A stretch of DNA of 64,000 nt from Tubulanus polymorphus (GCF_964204645.1 NC_134025.1:6386001-6450000); one strand, 5' to 3'; shown: positions 29,046-42,096, numbered from the stretch's first letter. Made by a program: numbers and translations. Notes: generated by a model not told the origin, from the letters alone.

Positions 29046-32000
29046 TTATGGTGATAATTCTTGAGATTGATCCATGTTTCGAAACATAGCAATAACTCTT
29101 TTGTTACCAATCAAAGCTATACATATGAGGACACCTTGACAAGAATTTAGAACATCAAAAATATACCATATAACGTCACTATTCATGGCACTGGCCACAA
29201 ATCCGAGGATCCATGTGCATCCTATTAAACATGACATTCGTCCGAATATAATTATTTCCATCTTACGCGCTTTCTGTTTATGGTCGTCTGAAGACTTTCC
29301 CGACAAAGATAATATATCTTTGATGATGATGAACAAAAAAACGTTATTAACAAAAATAATCAGACCAACTGGGACCACAAAGCCGTATAAGAGAAAACTG
29401 AAATTCTTAATCCAACAGATTCTTAAGTTACCATAAACTAAACCTTTGAAATTTGTCAAGTGGCTGAGATGCAGAACCAGGCATGTACCGACAATCAGAG
29501 ATGGGGATAGCCAGATTGGAATGAGGAACTTGATAATCGGTATATTTTTCCTATGTGCGAGCGCAGTGGCGAGGTCCGATGAAAATGAACGAGACATGTG
29601 AAAAGCCAGTGCCTTCATTGATGCGAAGACAACCAACCACAGATAGTGCTTTATTGCGGCAAACGCTACGCATAAGTCTGAATTATTTGTCCCCATGGTA
29701 CCCAGGAGAAGAACATGAGCCAAAAGTAGACTAATGCACAAATTCAAAATGAGTTTACCTGGAAATGTGCGCAGTTTTGGTAAAATAAGATACGCCATAA
29801 CCGTTAGCAGGAGACACAGGATTGATAGACTGCTGCCGGTTACTGTGATGATGAAATGTGTAGATTGATAGTCGGGAGCAGTACAAACAGGTTGTTTACT
29901 GCTAGGATCGACAACTCTGATACAATCTTTTAAAGGTGTTGTGCATACCTTTGTATGAATTACTTGGGAACCATTTGCGTACTGAAATAATTTATACAAG
30001 GTCATCACTTTCGATTTATCGTCGAAATTCACATTTGTATCGGGAACGGGAATATTTCCAGTTGCCAATGCCGTGTTATCGATTTCTTTCCAATCGGTGC
30101 AGACGCTGCTATCTGACGTGTCTTCATAAACTACGTAACCTTCAAATTGCCAGAGTGCATTTTCCCGGAAAACGCAGCTCTCCAAAATTGATCGAACTTT
30201 TTGCAATTCAAATGTATAGTTGCAACAATTGCTCAAATCAGCAGTAATAATTTCTTTGTTTGCAGTAAAGATATAATTTGATTTATCAGTGTATCTGAAA
30301 CTTTCGTATGTTTTCAGCTCTAACTGTGCTTTCCAATCATATCCGTTATGACATCGTTTGGTCTTCAACCATTGACTTATGTCATCTATATTCTCTATGT
30401 AGAATGATTTATCTACAGAAAATGTAAACCTTACACGGACATTCACTAGCCTTTTTTGTTTAAGAATACAAGATTCGCCAAACTGTTTGTAACCAAATAA
30501 ACACCCGCGATTCATACACATTTGATTTTCATAATCTAGCATTTTGTTTTTACTTCGGCATTCAGATGATACCGGAAGTATCAAATCACGCCCATCCCTT
30601 GCCATTAAACCACTTGTGAAGCTGAAATCCAGCAAAATATTTAAGCCAACTGTTACAATAGGCTTTGTTCTGTTTCGTTGTCCGCATTGAGATACTGCGA
30701 TACGTTTATTCGGGTGTTTGCAAAACCAGCAATGAAAATTCTTATACGTTATCATGTGACCATCTTCAAATACTGATATAGGACTCAAAATCTTCATGCA
30801 ATTGCTACATGAGGGTGTGAGTGGCAGCTTAACTGGGGGTTTGGGGTCGTCCCCTTTCAATGTAACACGTTTGGGGGCAAATAACTGTTCGGCTGGCATC
30901 GATACTACATCATTACCCGGCAGCCAATCATCCAAACAACGTATTATACCTGCCGATTCCTTTGGAAACGAGTAAACGAGAGAACTATAAGCTAGAAGTT
31001 GGTTTCTTAGTTTGAGTTCAATCAGTATTTGAGTCAGGTTACTGATGGATGGATGTTTGATACGAATTTCAGGTAATCTCAAACCGAAGCGTGTAAAACC
31101 GTGACAACGAGCGCAGTGTATATTTTTGAAGGGAAGTGAGTTATCTGCAAGAATTGGCATGTTAGCAATGATATCCAATTCTGAGTGACTGTCCCCTTCG
31201 CAAAGCGCCTTGATTTCAAGTTGTTGAAATGACTGTGGACAACGACTTATTGTCCACTTTGAAGATATGCATTTCGCATATTTAGAATATTCCATAAATA
31301 TCCTCCGGTTTAGTGCATCGTTCAATCCTATTCGATTGAATTCTTTACTTTCGCATTGTGAACGAAAGCAACAGTTTCCTGTGATATCACAAGTATTACT
31401 GCAGTAACATTTCTGGTCATTCGGAACATTTTCACATCTCGTGCCAATAAATCTACCTTCCAGAAACGGTATAGCGGGTACATAATGTATTACTTGTGAT
31501 TTATGATTACTCGATTGTTTATTAGGAGGGTCTGTCTGGTCGTCCCGTATTTGATCGTCCCGGCTGAAGCTTTCACCATTTTGTTCGTTGATTATAGACT
31601 TATTGCTCTGGGACCCGTCACGTGAGAAATCGTTATTGTTTGTCGAACCATTTACAGGAGTAGCTCGTGTTTGTTGATCCGTAGCAATTGATACAATCCC
31701 AGTGTTATTCTGAGGCAGTACTGCGTTTAACCTACTCACAATCAGAATGACTGAAAATACAAAATACAAGAAAAAATGTGATGATATGGGTACAGAAATA
31801 CAATACACTAGGTGTCCCTTTTTGCTAGCTAGTATTAGATAACCTATCCATTCTCTATATACATCTCTCATCTCACTTTTTTGGCAACTAATCTATAACC
31901 TCTTCTTTATATTCAAGCGTTTCTTAACTACTTCAACATCATAACCATGAACATAACAAGTTCTTTGTTTTGCCATTAGCATTGTTTAAAATGCAAAATA

Positions 32001-32263
32001 ACCATTTACATACGCATATAGACATTCATCAATTGACGAAATGTATTTATATCATCATTTACGCAGATATAAATCAATTGTGTTGTCGTCTTGAATAATG
32101 TTATGTTATTTGTAATAAGATGATATTTTGATTAAATACAACATAACGTTCTTATATCCAGACATAAGAAATAAATAAGACTTATATAGATGATCGAATA
32201 GAATTAATATCTCTTACCTAACGCCGTTGTCAATCGAATCTGACCGATGAATAGCAGTGACAT
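29046..32263 (-). CDS. Class B (secretin/adhesion/Methuselah-like) 7TM GPCR with Cys-rich, somatomedin-B-like ectodomain
   Basis: Signal-peptide exon 32218-32263 (MSLLFIGQIRLTTAL) splices in phase to one large exon 29046-31750. SMB-like CYCSNTCDITGNCC; two KNxHCxxC repeats; 7tm_2 motifs SLSILCLLLT, PKLRTFPGKLILNLCISL, CVAFAAIKHYLWL, CWI, GCTWILG, LNSCQGV. Confidence 0.9.
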
Positions 32264-33049
32264 TTTTGCCTTAAGGGGCACCATCGAAGTTGTTAAGAAG
32301 TTGTGTGCCGGCGCTGAGATTTTTGCGATTATCATTCGCGACGCGGTTAAAAGTGGTCAGTGTCGTCGTCGGAACCAAAATGAATAATTTTTCAGCTTGA
32401 TTTTGACGTTTATATTAGTCCTGCACTAATAGTAGGGTTATCAAATTAAAAGCATGATTCTGTCATTCGCACAATACCAACGTGATCAGTGATAATTAAA
32501 ATCTCTTAAAATTGATAACAACCAGATATCAACCAGAAGCCCGAATCACGCATTGCGTGACTTGACGCTGAATACATGTAATTATTTTGTTAAAGCTCTG
32601 CGAGTGTTAATAAGAGATAGGAAGGTTTACAATTTCTGACGTTCCTTTCTAATTTCGGAAGCCCAATCACGTGCATAGTTTTGGTACATTTTGCATTTCA
32701 TGCACACTTATCGTTCGTATGAGAAAAAAAGAAATTCGTCGTAGAAATGTGCTATTGAACTTTGTATTGGTGTACAGAGTCGTTTTTTTTGTTTGGAGTA
32801 ATTTGAGAAAAAATGGAATACAGTGTTATTCAGTTTTCAATCAGTATAAGTGTTCCATCGTAGCAGAAATGTGACTTAAGTCAGAACTTAAGAAACGTTG
32901 GACAAAAACCATAGAAAAATGGAAGCTTTGAATTTGATTTTAAGTGGATTTTAGTCATACTTTATTAGGATCAACGCTATCAAATATGAATTTTACTTCT
33001 GAATCTATTGGCAATAATCGAGTACATTCTTTAATGCGTAATTTATGGT

Positions 33050-34668
33050 TTACTGATTGTATACAAGACGAGGATGTGGACAGCAGCTACGAGCGGTTGT
33101 AACTGACGAACGTCGGCGATGAACAACGGGATTATTCTCTCTTTTCGTCTGATCCTCGGTGGTGAAATCCTTCAAATGGGCGCGGTGCTCGAACATGCCA
33201 AATATGAATTTACCGGGGCCATGCTCACTTCGGCCGATCAAGAAATTTGCGAAGAGCTGTTCGAAGGTCGTAGCATCCAGTGGATAGCGTCCGCGCTAAA
33301 TGAAAGTAAAGCGAGAATTTCTATCAAAGTTACACAAAAGAACTAACTCAACGCAGCTTTTGCATACTTACATCAGTGATGACATCGTAAGCTTTTTCAC
33401 ACATCGACCCGAGATCATTATTATCGACTCCAATAAGGTCTCGATGGAAAGCGAGCAACTCATCATACGAAATTTCACCATCGCCTACAAAGATATGATG
33501 TGAAAACAATGGAATCATTCAGCTTCACGCCGAATACGTTACCAAATATAGATTACAATCGATCACTTACAGTCGAGGTCAATCAGATCGAACAACACCT
33601 TTGGTAGAGCTTGAACCCACATCGGGAAATCGGACATGTTTTTTGCTCCATCTAGAAGAGGACACCATAGAATACTCCAATTTCCCCATGTTACTTCACC
33701 TTCAGAATTAAAAGAAAAGCAATGTGTGCTGGAGTTTTCCTTGGGAAAAATTTTCCGAATAATCAACCAAATTGATGCCGATCTAATATGAAAGTTGTCA
33801 TAAGATTTCCGTGTATAACAAGAAATTTAGTTTGCTCGTGTTTTGAAAACGTTAAATATCCCTAAATAATGCTAGCCATAGATAGTAAGAAAGTAAAGAT
33901 TTTCATTCATAAATCAGACATGAGAAAATATAAACAACTTAATATCAAATTGATAGAATACATGTAGTATTAAGATTTAGTTTAGTTGTTTAGCTATTTC
34001 AGCAAATAATTATAATTACAAATACTCATGTTAAAGAAAAGAATTAGGGTCAAGATCGTGATTGAACGCAGAAAAGTAATAAATCGTACAAAGTGATGCA
34101 TAGTTTGTCTTCGTCATTTGCTACAAGAAATAAAGTTGGTAGTCTATCAAAACTGAGATGAATATATGGATATCGCAGCCACATGGGGCAGGGCGGTTTT
34201 TATTCACCTTTTTTAATGAAGTTCTGTCTTTCTTCCATAGTTTCAAACATTTTACCAATTCTTTCGATGGATGCTTCACGGAAACAGTCGAGAACACATT
34301 CAGTATGCATTGCCAGTTTACTACTCGGCTCCCATTTTGTGTAGTTCAAGATCCGCTGAAAGAAGATATATCAAAATTGTCACATGTCTTATTTTTCATT
34401 CTTCGAAATTTTGTGAGTCAAATATTTGTTGGTTTTTACCTCTTGTAGCACTTTAAAATGCCCATTTCTTATCATTGAATCGGAACTTACAGCCGTGTCT
34501 TTTAAACCACCTAAATATCATGTTCGAAAGAAATAACGACAGATATCATTCAGTATGAAATTGTGAGAAATAAAGAAATGACGTGCTAGATTAATTTCTC
34601 TTACCGATTAATCCAAATAAACATTGCAATTTCTCTTGTTGGAAAACTGAAAGCCATTGCTGGGACAT
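33050..34668 (-). CDS. Calexcitin / sarcoplasmic calcium-binding protein-like EF-hand protein, paralog B
   Basis: Six exons 34605-34668, 34440-34510, 34208-34355, 33571-33699, 33372-33484, 33050-33295, with the same intron phases as paralog A: MSQQWLSVFQQEKLQCLFGLI...RILNYTKW...GEVTWGNWSILW...DFPMWV...DLDCDGEISYDE (canonical EF loop)...AYDVITD...FEQLFANFLIGRSEHGPGKFIFG. Confidence 0.87.
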
Positions 34669-35343
34669 TTTAGGTTCCGAGTTGGTCAGACTGTTACGGG
34701 AATGCCTTATGGAACGGTTTGGATCAGTTGAAAGATATCAGCCGTAAGGTGTTGGTTGGATGATTACCTTCATGGCGATGAATATCAACAGCACGATACA
34801 TATTGCCGCAATAAACATTTCATTCGCTCCACCGAATTTCGAACAGAAATGTTAAGATTGAAATAGATATGATTTCGACGAATGCGAATTTTTCGTGGTT
34901 TCTTTAGCACAATCCGTGGGACCAATAATCATTCCGTATATGTGTGTCACAATCTATGAATCAAGTGGTCCCACATGTGATAGAAAGAAGCAACAATAAG
35001 GACTTATGAATAGAAATAATACTTACGTATCTACGCACAAGAAAAATTAAACACAGTCATCGTAGAAATTTGTCATTGATCTCGTGTACCTCGTGTACTC
35101 TTGTACACAATAGTTTTATTTTCAATAATTTTGAAATACTTATAAAGGATAAAGTAAAATTATTATTCCGTTTTCCCTCGTATTCCATTACTTGCCTTTA
35201 TGACTAACATATACAACTAAACGAAATCATTTTTGAAACTGCACACAACTCAACAAACATCCAGTAAAACGAAGATTTTGTGCTATATTTTTGCACTTTT
35301 TGAAAATAAATATATAAACATGGAAAGGTCAAACATTGTCAGT

Positions 35344-38300
35344 CTACAATGGTTCAAGTTCTGTAGATTTCGGGTCCGAAAGTTCTTCGATCTTAGCCCA
35401 TTTTTCTTCTTCACCTTTGGCGAAAATAGCGTAAATTATTGTCCCAAACGCGTAAAACACTGCGCAAATATAGAATACTTTCCTCCAACTTTCCTGTGAT
35501 CTCTGAAATTATAAACTTAAGCATCTTAATTCAATAAGATGCAGATCGAATGGACGAATATTCAGTAAAGTTTATTTGGAAATTATGGTTGTTTGATGGT
35601 AGTTCGAGCTTTTACCATAACGTGAAAAAATTCGATTGTTTCATCTTCTGCGTGTATATAGGGGGTAGATTATTTCAGGAAAAAGAGATAAAACTTACAT
35701 CCTGCGTAATATTACCAACAGTTATAGGAGCTAACATTCCCGCAATTGTGGCGCAAGTATTCGTTATACCCATGAATATGCCTGCGTACCTGAAGTGAAA
35801 GTTCATTGAATAACTTCACACATTAGCTGTCATTAGCATGTTTTATAATCTTGCGGTGTTCTTTGACTGTTACAAAAGGTTGTACCTTGGAGCGATATCG
35901 ACATGGTTAACTAAATAACCACATCTATCTAGTGCGCTGAATGTAACCGCTATTACTAAAAGTGTGACCGCAAACATCCTCTGCGTACATCCCAAATATC
36001 CGGTACCTATCAAAAACGCTGCCGGTACCACAAAACCTTTAGGAACAAAAGCATACTCAGAAGTTACGAAAAGACAGAAACAAGCACTTAAATTTTCTTT
36101 TTCTTTTTGGCACCTCACCTAATACTTGCAGGACTTTTCGCACTGAAGTCGTAGAGAACTTTGTTCGCATAAAATCTGCGAATACGCCGCAACCGATTGA
36201 AGCAATAAACATAGTAACATATGGCAGTGCATTAAAAATACCATTCTAAAAGTGATAATATACAATATGTTTTTACTCAAATAATGCAAAGAGTATCATA
36301 TCCAGGGTTTTTTTAATCGATTTTACCTGTTTCATATCGAAGTAAAGAACATCCTTCATGTAAGTGGGGAGACTTGTCATCATAGTGTACGAACCCCAAC
36401 TGCCGCAAACATGGGCAACTAATATTGCCCACAATGCGGAGCTTTTTAAGAAACTAAGCCACGGAATTACCTGATCCTGCAAAATTGAGAAATGTTGAAT
36501 GTGGCGACCAGGAATACATCCACGGGTGTGCAATAATATCAACTCACAATAATTCAGAACGTCGACTAAATCACTCACAGCGAGTTTTCAGGTGTTAATA
36601 CCATATAACCAAATTCACCAAAACATATGAGGTAATATATGTTCTAAAGAATATGGCAAGTGAATTTACCTTTTTCTGATTTGTACGCGATGTATGGGAC
36701 AATATGAAAGATTTCTCAATTTGACTTATTCTAGGATGAACTTCTGGAGAATCGAAAACGAGCCCAAACCATATCACGCACCACAAAAGACTCAGACCAC
36801 CTGCAGATATATACTTCTAAAGTACGAAACTACGAAATTAAGAAATATGCAACGAAATTACGAAATGCAAAACGAAATAAAGAAATGCTCAAGTACGAAA
36901 CGAAATACTATACGAAATGCTAAACTATATGGAATACCTCAAGGGCCATACGACTTACGAGTTACGTTTTACGAGTTACGATTTACGTTTTACGGGTTAC
37001 TAATACATTTCCTACAATACGTTACGACTTACGATTTACGACTTACGTTTTACGAATTACACGTTTTTCACAAATTGTCTTCGGATATCCGAAGCGCGTA
37101 ATTCAAAGAACGGGTTTCAAAATGAAGTCGAATTGTCATTTCAAACAGCATAATAAGAGTAATTTATTGTACATAGTGAATCAATCTCGACTGCAGTGGT
37201 CTATTAAAGGGCAGAAAATCTGCGCGTTGGCCATCTGCTGTGCGAACCTTCTCAAAATCTATAAAATGCTGACAATACATTTCACACTGACTGATGACTG
37301 TCCCGTTACGTGCACGATGATTTTAATAGACGATATTTCAATACGTAGATCTTAGCTGGAAATGATTTTAATAATTAGAACAAGATTCATCAATTTAGAA
37401 AAAATGTATTTATTTTTTGAAAACACTGGGCTGCATGCAGCCATCCATCGTCGTTACAGTTATTCGTGTAATAATTACACACCCACACAGTGAAATGCCT
37501 ACCACGTGGCCACTGTCCTTGAAACTCTTGCGAACCGAAACTCCAACACTTAACTCGTAAATCGTAACTCGTAATTCGTAAAATGTATTTACGTTGTAAT
37601 TCGTAACTCATAAAACGGAAGTCGTAACGAATATTCAAGGAAATGTATAAGTAACTCGTAAAACGTAAATCGTAAGTCGTAAAACGTAACTCGTAAGTCG
37701 TATGGCCCTTGAGGTATTCCATAAAAACTACGAAACGAAATGGTCATTTTTTCGCGGGTCCTGCTAAAGTATAAAATGTAATACGAAACGAAAATTTTGT
37801 AATTTTTTGCGCTATAGCAGCGGATTCGTGGAGCTGGCTTAAACATGCGCACCCGGTCTAGTGTGGCAGGGTTCCGTGCCGCGACTGAGTTTAGCGATGC
37901 CATCAGGGAGAATGATCTGCGCATGCTCATATACAACTGGAAGGAAGCGATTAATAAATTACGGGTTAGAGAACGAAGTGTGCCTTAAAATATATCCTGC
38001 AGTGTTTAGGCTAAAAGATTGATACCTAGTTTCTCCTCTGCTGAGGAGCTTAAAAGTTGACCCGACCGGCCGCTAATCTACCCTGTACATTAATTTTTTC
38101 TGAGCTAAATGATCGATACTAGACAGGTTCAGATATGTCGGCCCGTGTCCAAGAACGGGATAATCCTATCGCGGTTACGAGCTCGGTGTCGCGTGAAGCG
38201 CTTGCCTTTCCTTTCTGCAACAGTCAACCCCGCATAAGTCGTCATCGAATTAGTCGTATCATCACATCTCTCGTATAATTATTTTGGTCCCGATTTTTTT

Positions 38301-41300
38301 CTTCTTTAAACCTTATAAAATAATGCTTATAACTCGTACTTTATAAGTCGTATTTTCACGTAAGTCGTATCAATTATAAATTCCAAATCTTCTGATTTCA
38401 TTCAAAATACCTCGCGTAAGTCGTAGCCCGATATGTGACCATTTCGTTTCGTATTTCGGTTCGTATTTTAGCACTACTGGCAAAAAAATTTTCCATTTCG
38501 TAATTTCTTAATTTCGTAGTTTCGTAATTTCGTTTCGTTTCGTTATTTCGCTCCATATTTCGTAATTTCGTAGTTTCGTACTTTAGCAGGACCCGATATT
38601 TACTAAATATGGAATCGTTTATTCATTCATTCAGTTTAATTTGTTTTGAGTGGTTAATTTTGAAAATAGTTTTTACCTATTAAGTAGAATATGGATGTCC
38701 ATCCAGTGTACTCGCATAGAACACCCGACATAAAGGAAGCAAATACATTTCCAACAATAGTTCCTACAAAACAATTAAAAAAGACAAATAATGAGGACTG
38801 GATTTTTAAACATACAGTTCATGACTTGAGTTATCCGTGCACGATACCTGCGTATGAAAATGCAATGAGCTTCGTCCGTTCGTACACAGGGGCCCATCTA
38901 GCCCAAAGACCGTGCATAGCTGGAAATATCACACCCTGTTATACACATAAAGCGTAAAAGATGTTATTTTTTTCGTACATGTATTTCCAAGATAGATAGA
39001 AACTTAAAAGCATGACTGACCGTCCCAAGACCAATGATAAACCTTAGAAAAATCGCCGCATAAACATGGCCACGTGCTGCAACAGGTAGCAGTATCGTTG
39101 CAACGGAAGATAACGACATTCCAACACCGAATACTATTTTACTGCCGTACAAATCAGCCAACCATCCTGCTGGAATCTGGGTGATTATGTAGCCCCAGAA
39201 AAAAGATGAAAGAACGTATCCTTGCATTTTACGGTCCCAATCGAATTCTCCGTCCTGAACAGAAAATGAGAATACAGATCATGAAACCAATTTTCAAAAA
39301 TGATGGTTTAATAAATTTTAGAAAATTTTCTCGGAAAAATTTGGAGCAGGTCCACCTCGACCCCTAACAGATCCTCGTTTCACATCTGGATAAACGAGGC
39401 TGTGGTTCAAAATCATGTCCAAAACGACGGTTGTTTCTAGGGTCAGTTAACACTCTAAATATTCAAATATTTGAATTTCCTGAACGGACCTTTATTTCGT
39501 GTAAGGAGCTATTTGTTAGACCGCATTTTTCAGCGTCGACATTTACAGCTATCGCTAGTGTGTCGTTTGATGACGACTCGTTCGGAGATGTCGGTGCCTT
39601 CACCATACAAACTATTGCTACGCTCATGTTGAATCTCATCGCGTTAGACCAAAGAAATCCAAAGAATGCGATATACGCCAACAAATACCGCTTCGACGAC
39701 AGCGTTGGAACTGAAAATACAACGATTAGACCTATGGAAACCGGGATACGTATTCATTATGTAAATCTGTAAATTCTCGATTGTACGGAGACCGTAGATG
39801 AAAGATAGATACTTTTTTCGAACGAAACTTTTTAGCGAAAATTTTTCGTGGGAACGAATGGTTTTTTAACTCACTTGGTTCAGCTTTCTAACCTAACTCT
39901 TATCCAAATCTCAACCTAACGCTCTAGACAATTAGCCCCTGCCGTTTACAACTCGGTCTTATTTCCCCAAGCAATTGCTTTTATAAACGCCTTCCCAGGA
40001 CAATGTTCCCCTTTTACCAGAAAATAACCCTTCGCAAATTATCCCCAAAGAATACTACCCCTTTCCAATTGAATCAGAAAATCAACCCCCAGACAACCCA
40101 TGGAGATTGCCACCCACCCCCAGATATACACCCCTTTGGGGGATTTTTCTGACAAGGTGGAATACTGCGGTTTTTGACTCGAATGTTATAAAGACCGAAT
40201 ACTTGACCCGAATGTATGAACAAAAATTGCTATGGTCTCGTGTATCTCGAGAGGAATACTTCATTAGGGTGATAAATAATATGATTCCAAATTCGTGACC
40301 GATCCACAAGAAGATAATCTATCTTGTGCTAGGACCAGATAATAATCAACTTATTTTAAGTGACAAAATGAGAATCATACAGTAATTGGGCTACTTTCTA
40401 TACGTACAGGGTTAGTAACGTAGATTAGAAGGATTGATGGATATTAGAAAATCATGGAATCGGTCTATGACTGCCCAATGGCTTTGATCTATTCATGGAC
40501 TTCGTTTTAGAGTCCATGATCTATTCAATAATCTGTTTGACCACCTCCATGCATTCGGGAGTCAGGGGAATTGCCTAAAAGGGATTTTGTTCGAACGAAA
40601 AGACTTTAGCTAGCTGAGTTGACGTGAGAATATGAATAAATTGTATATATATATATGATAATTCTTTTCATTTTCATCAAGGAGGCCGTTAGAACCGAAT
40701 TTATCTGCTGTATCCACAGAGAACACTTCTTGTCGACACTGGAGTGTTAAAATACCTCCTCTTTCTATCGTTTGTAGGTGGGCACTTGCCTGAGACGTGC
40801 CTGAGACGTGTAAGAGTCGTTTTATAGTTTCTTTGCGTGTCGAGTAATAGGTATGGTTCGATTTGGAAACCTGTTTTTACTAGTCTATACAACTCTTTGT
40901 TTGATATTCCTAATTCCAGCATATTCTCTCCATTATGTGCCTAACTTTACTATTGTCGATTTAGAGAGTTAAGAGTTTATACAGAAATGCTTGTATAATA
41001 CATGTGAATAGTTTGTATACACCGTCCTACTGATATACTTGATAATTTCTGGTGGGTTTCTTTAATAAGGGTTGTTTCTAGGCAGAACTGGTTGCCTTTT
41101 GCTATTTCTGTGCTGTAGAGGGTAGCTATATCTCATATCCTTGAAATTTGGCGAACAAGAGTGGCAAATAGATATGGTGCCGTGTTTGGCTTACAGTTTT
41201 TTGCACCCCGATCATTTTCTGGATTGACAACATATCCCTGTTAGCAGATGCGAGAACGGTGATCTTTGGCTTACTGAGATTTTCCGTTTGACGAAAATAT

Positions 41301-41754
41301 AAGGCCAAGGTATTTGTATTCTTTAAAACCAACTCGAGGTATGAGTTTCTGAGTGAAAATTCGAATCGATAGGTACTGTACATGCACTGATGATAAACTC
41401 AGTGGCTTCTTCATTGAACATGGTCAAATGCTCGACCTAAGAATAGGCCTATAGGAAATCTTGGTTTAAGTATTTGTTGAAGGACAGGTTGTTTGAAAGG
41501 GAATATATATTGTTGTTTTATCACATACTAAGTGGGTGACTCCGTCTACATTATCTATATCTAATGAGTAACCTTAGAAGGCGAGTTTCAAAAGGAAGAT
41601 GTGTTCTTGTTGTATCATATCATATCGATGTGCGTACGAACCGGGTCTGTTTAGTCCATCTAACATAACATGAAATCAGTATCGATAGATTGAAATCTAC
41701 AGCATATTCACACAAAATTGTTTACGAACCTGTATTGCGCCTTTCCTCAGCCAT
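35344..41754 (-). CDS. SLC17 / sialin-like MFS anion transporter, tandem copy 1
   Basis: First coding exon 41730-41754 (MAEERRNT). Further exons carry [103 protein letters not shown]; stop TAG at 35344-35346. Confidence 0.92.
36811..38594. mobile_element. Non-autonomous DNA transposon with long imperfect (ACGAAA-rich) TIRs in an SLC17 copy 1 intron
   Basis: Left arm ctaaagtacgaaactacgaaatta mirrors right arm taatttcgtagtttcgtactttag; flanked by gatat/gatat; absent from the equivalent intron of copies 2 and 3. Confidence 0.8.
36928..37723. mobile_element. MITE nested within the outer element
   Basis: More than 45 bp of perfect TIR (tatggaatacctcaagggccatacgacttacgagttacgttttacga), extending imperfectly to about 140-170 bp of TTACGA-type repeats. 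Confidence 0.88.
40690..41500 (-). mobile_element. Degraded non-LTR retrotransposon (LINE) ORF2 remnant
   Basis: The fragment [33 protein letters not shown] resembles the post-RT C-terminal region of L2/RTE-X-type ORF2; frames are interrupted and boundaries are approximate. Confidence 0.55.
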
Positions 41755-42096
41755 TACTCTTCTACCTGCATTTCCCAAAGCTTGACCAAAGCAGTTATAC
41801 ATACATTATGTACGGTAACACGTTTCATGTCATAATCCGACATTATGCAAATCCAAATGCAATCAAATGTATGGAATTTGGTCAATCGTGCGCTTCGGTG
41901 AAGATATAGTGAAGGACCATGGATCCAGGGTAAGATTCAAGAATAGCAATAGGGGACTAGGTTGTGAACACAGTTTATATCAACCCGCCATCTAAATAAT
42001 TACCTCCACTGTAATTTGCATTAATTACTACAACAGCCGGCGATTTTTGTTACTTAGTAGAGAAACCGCAACAACCGGCGCTATTGCACTTTCGTA

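Noticed and set aside
31751-31871. N-terminal 40 aa of the 941-aa GPCR ORF
   Set aside because: Intronic read-through; a proper acceptor at 31750 and a signal-peptide exon at 32218-32263 explain the N-terminus better.
36694-37936. ORFs with YDLRFT-type repeats (36694-37101, 37390-37722, 37589-37936)
   Set aside because: Translations of MITE subterminal repeats; no transposase motifs.
39786-40150. CCTAAC and AATTGCCCC-like repeats suggestive of a Helitron/Helentron-derived element
   Set aside because: Probably a repeat remnant, but termini could not be defined, so it is not annotated.
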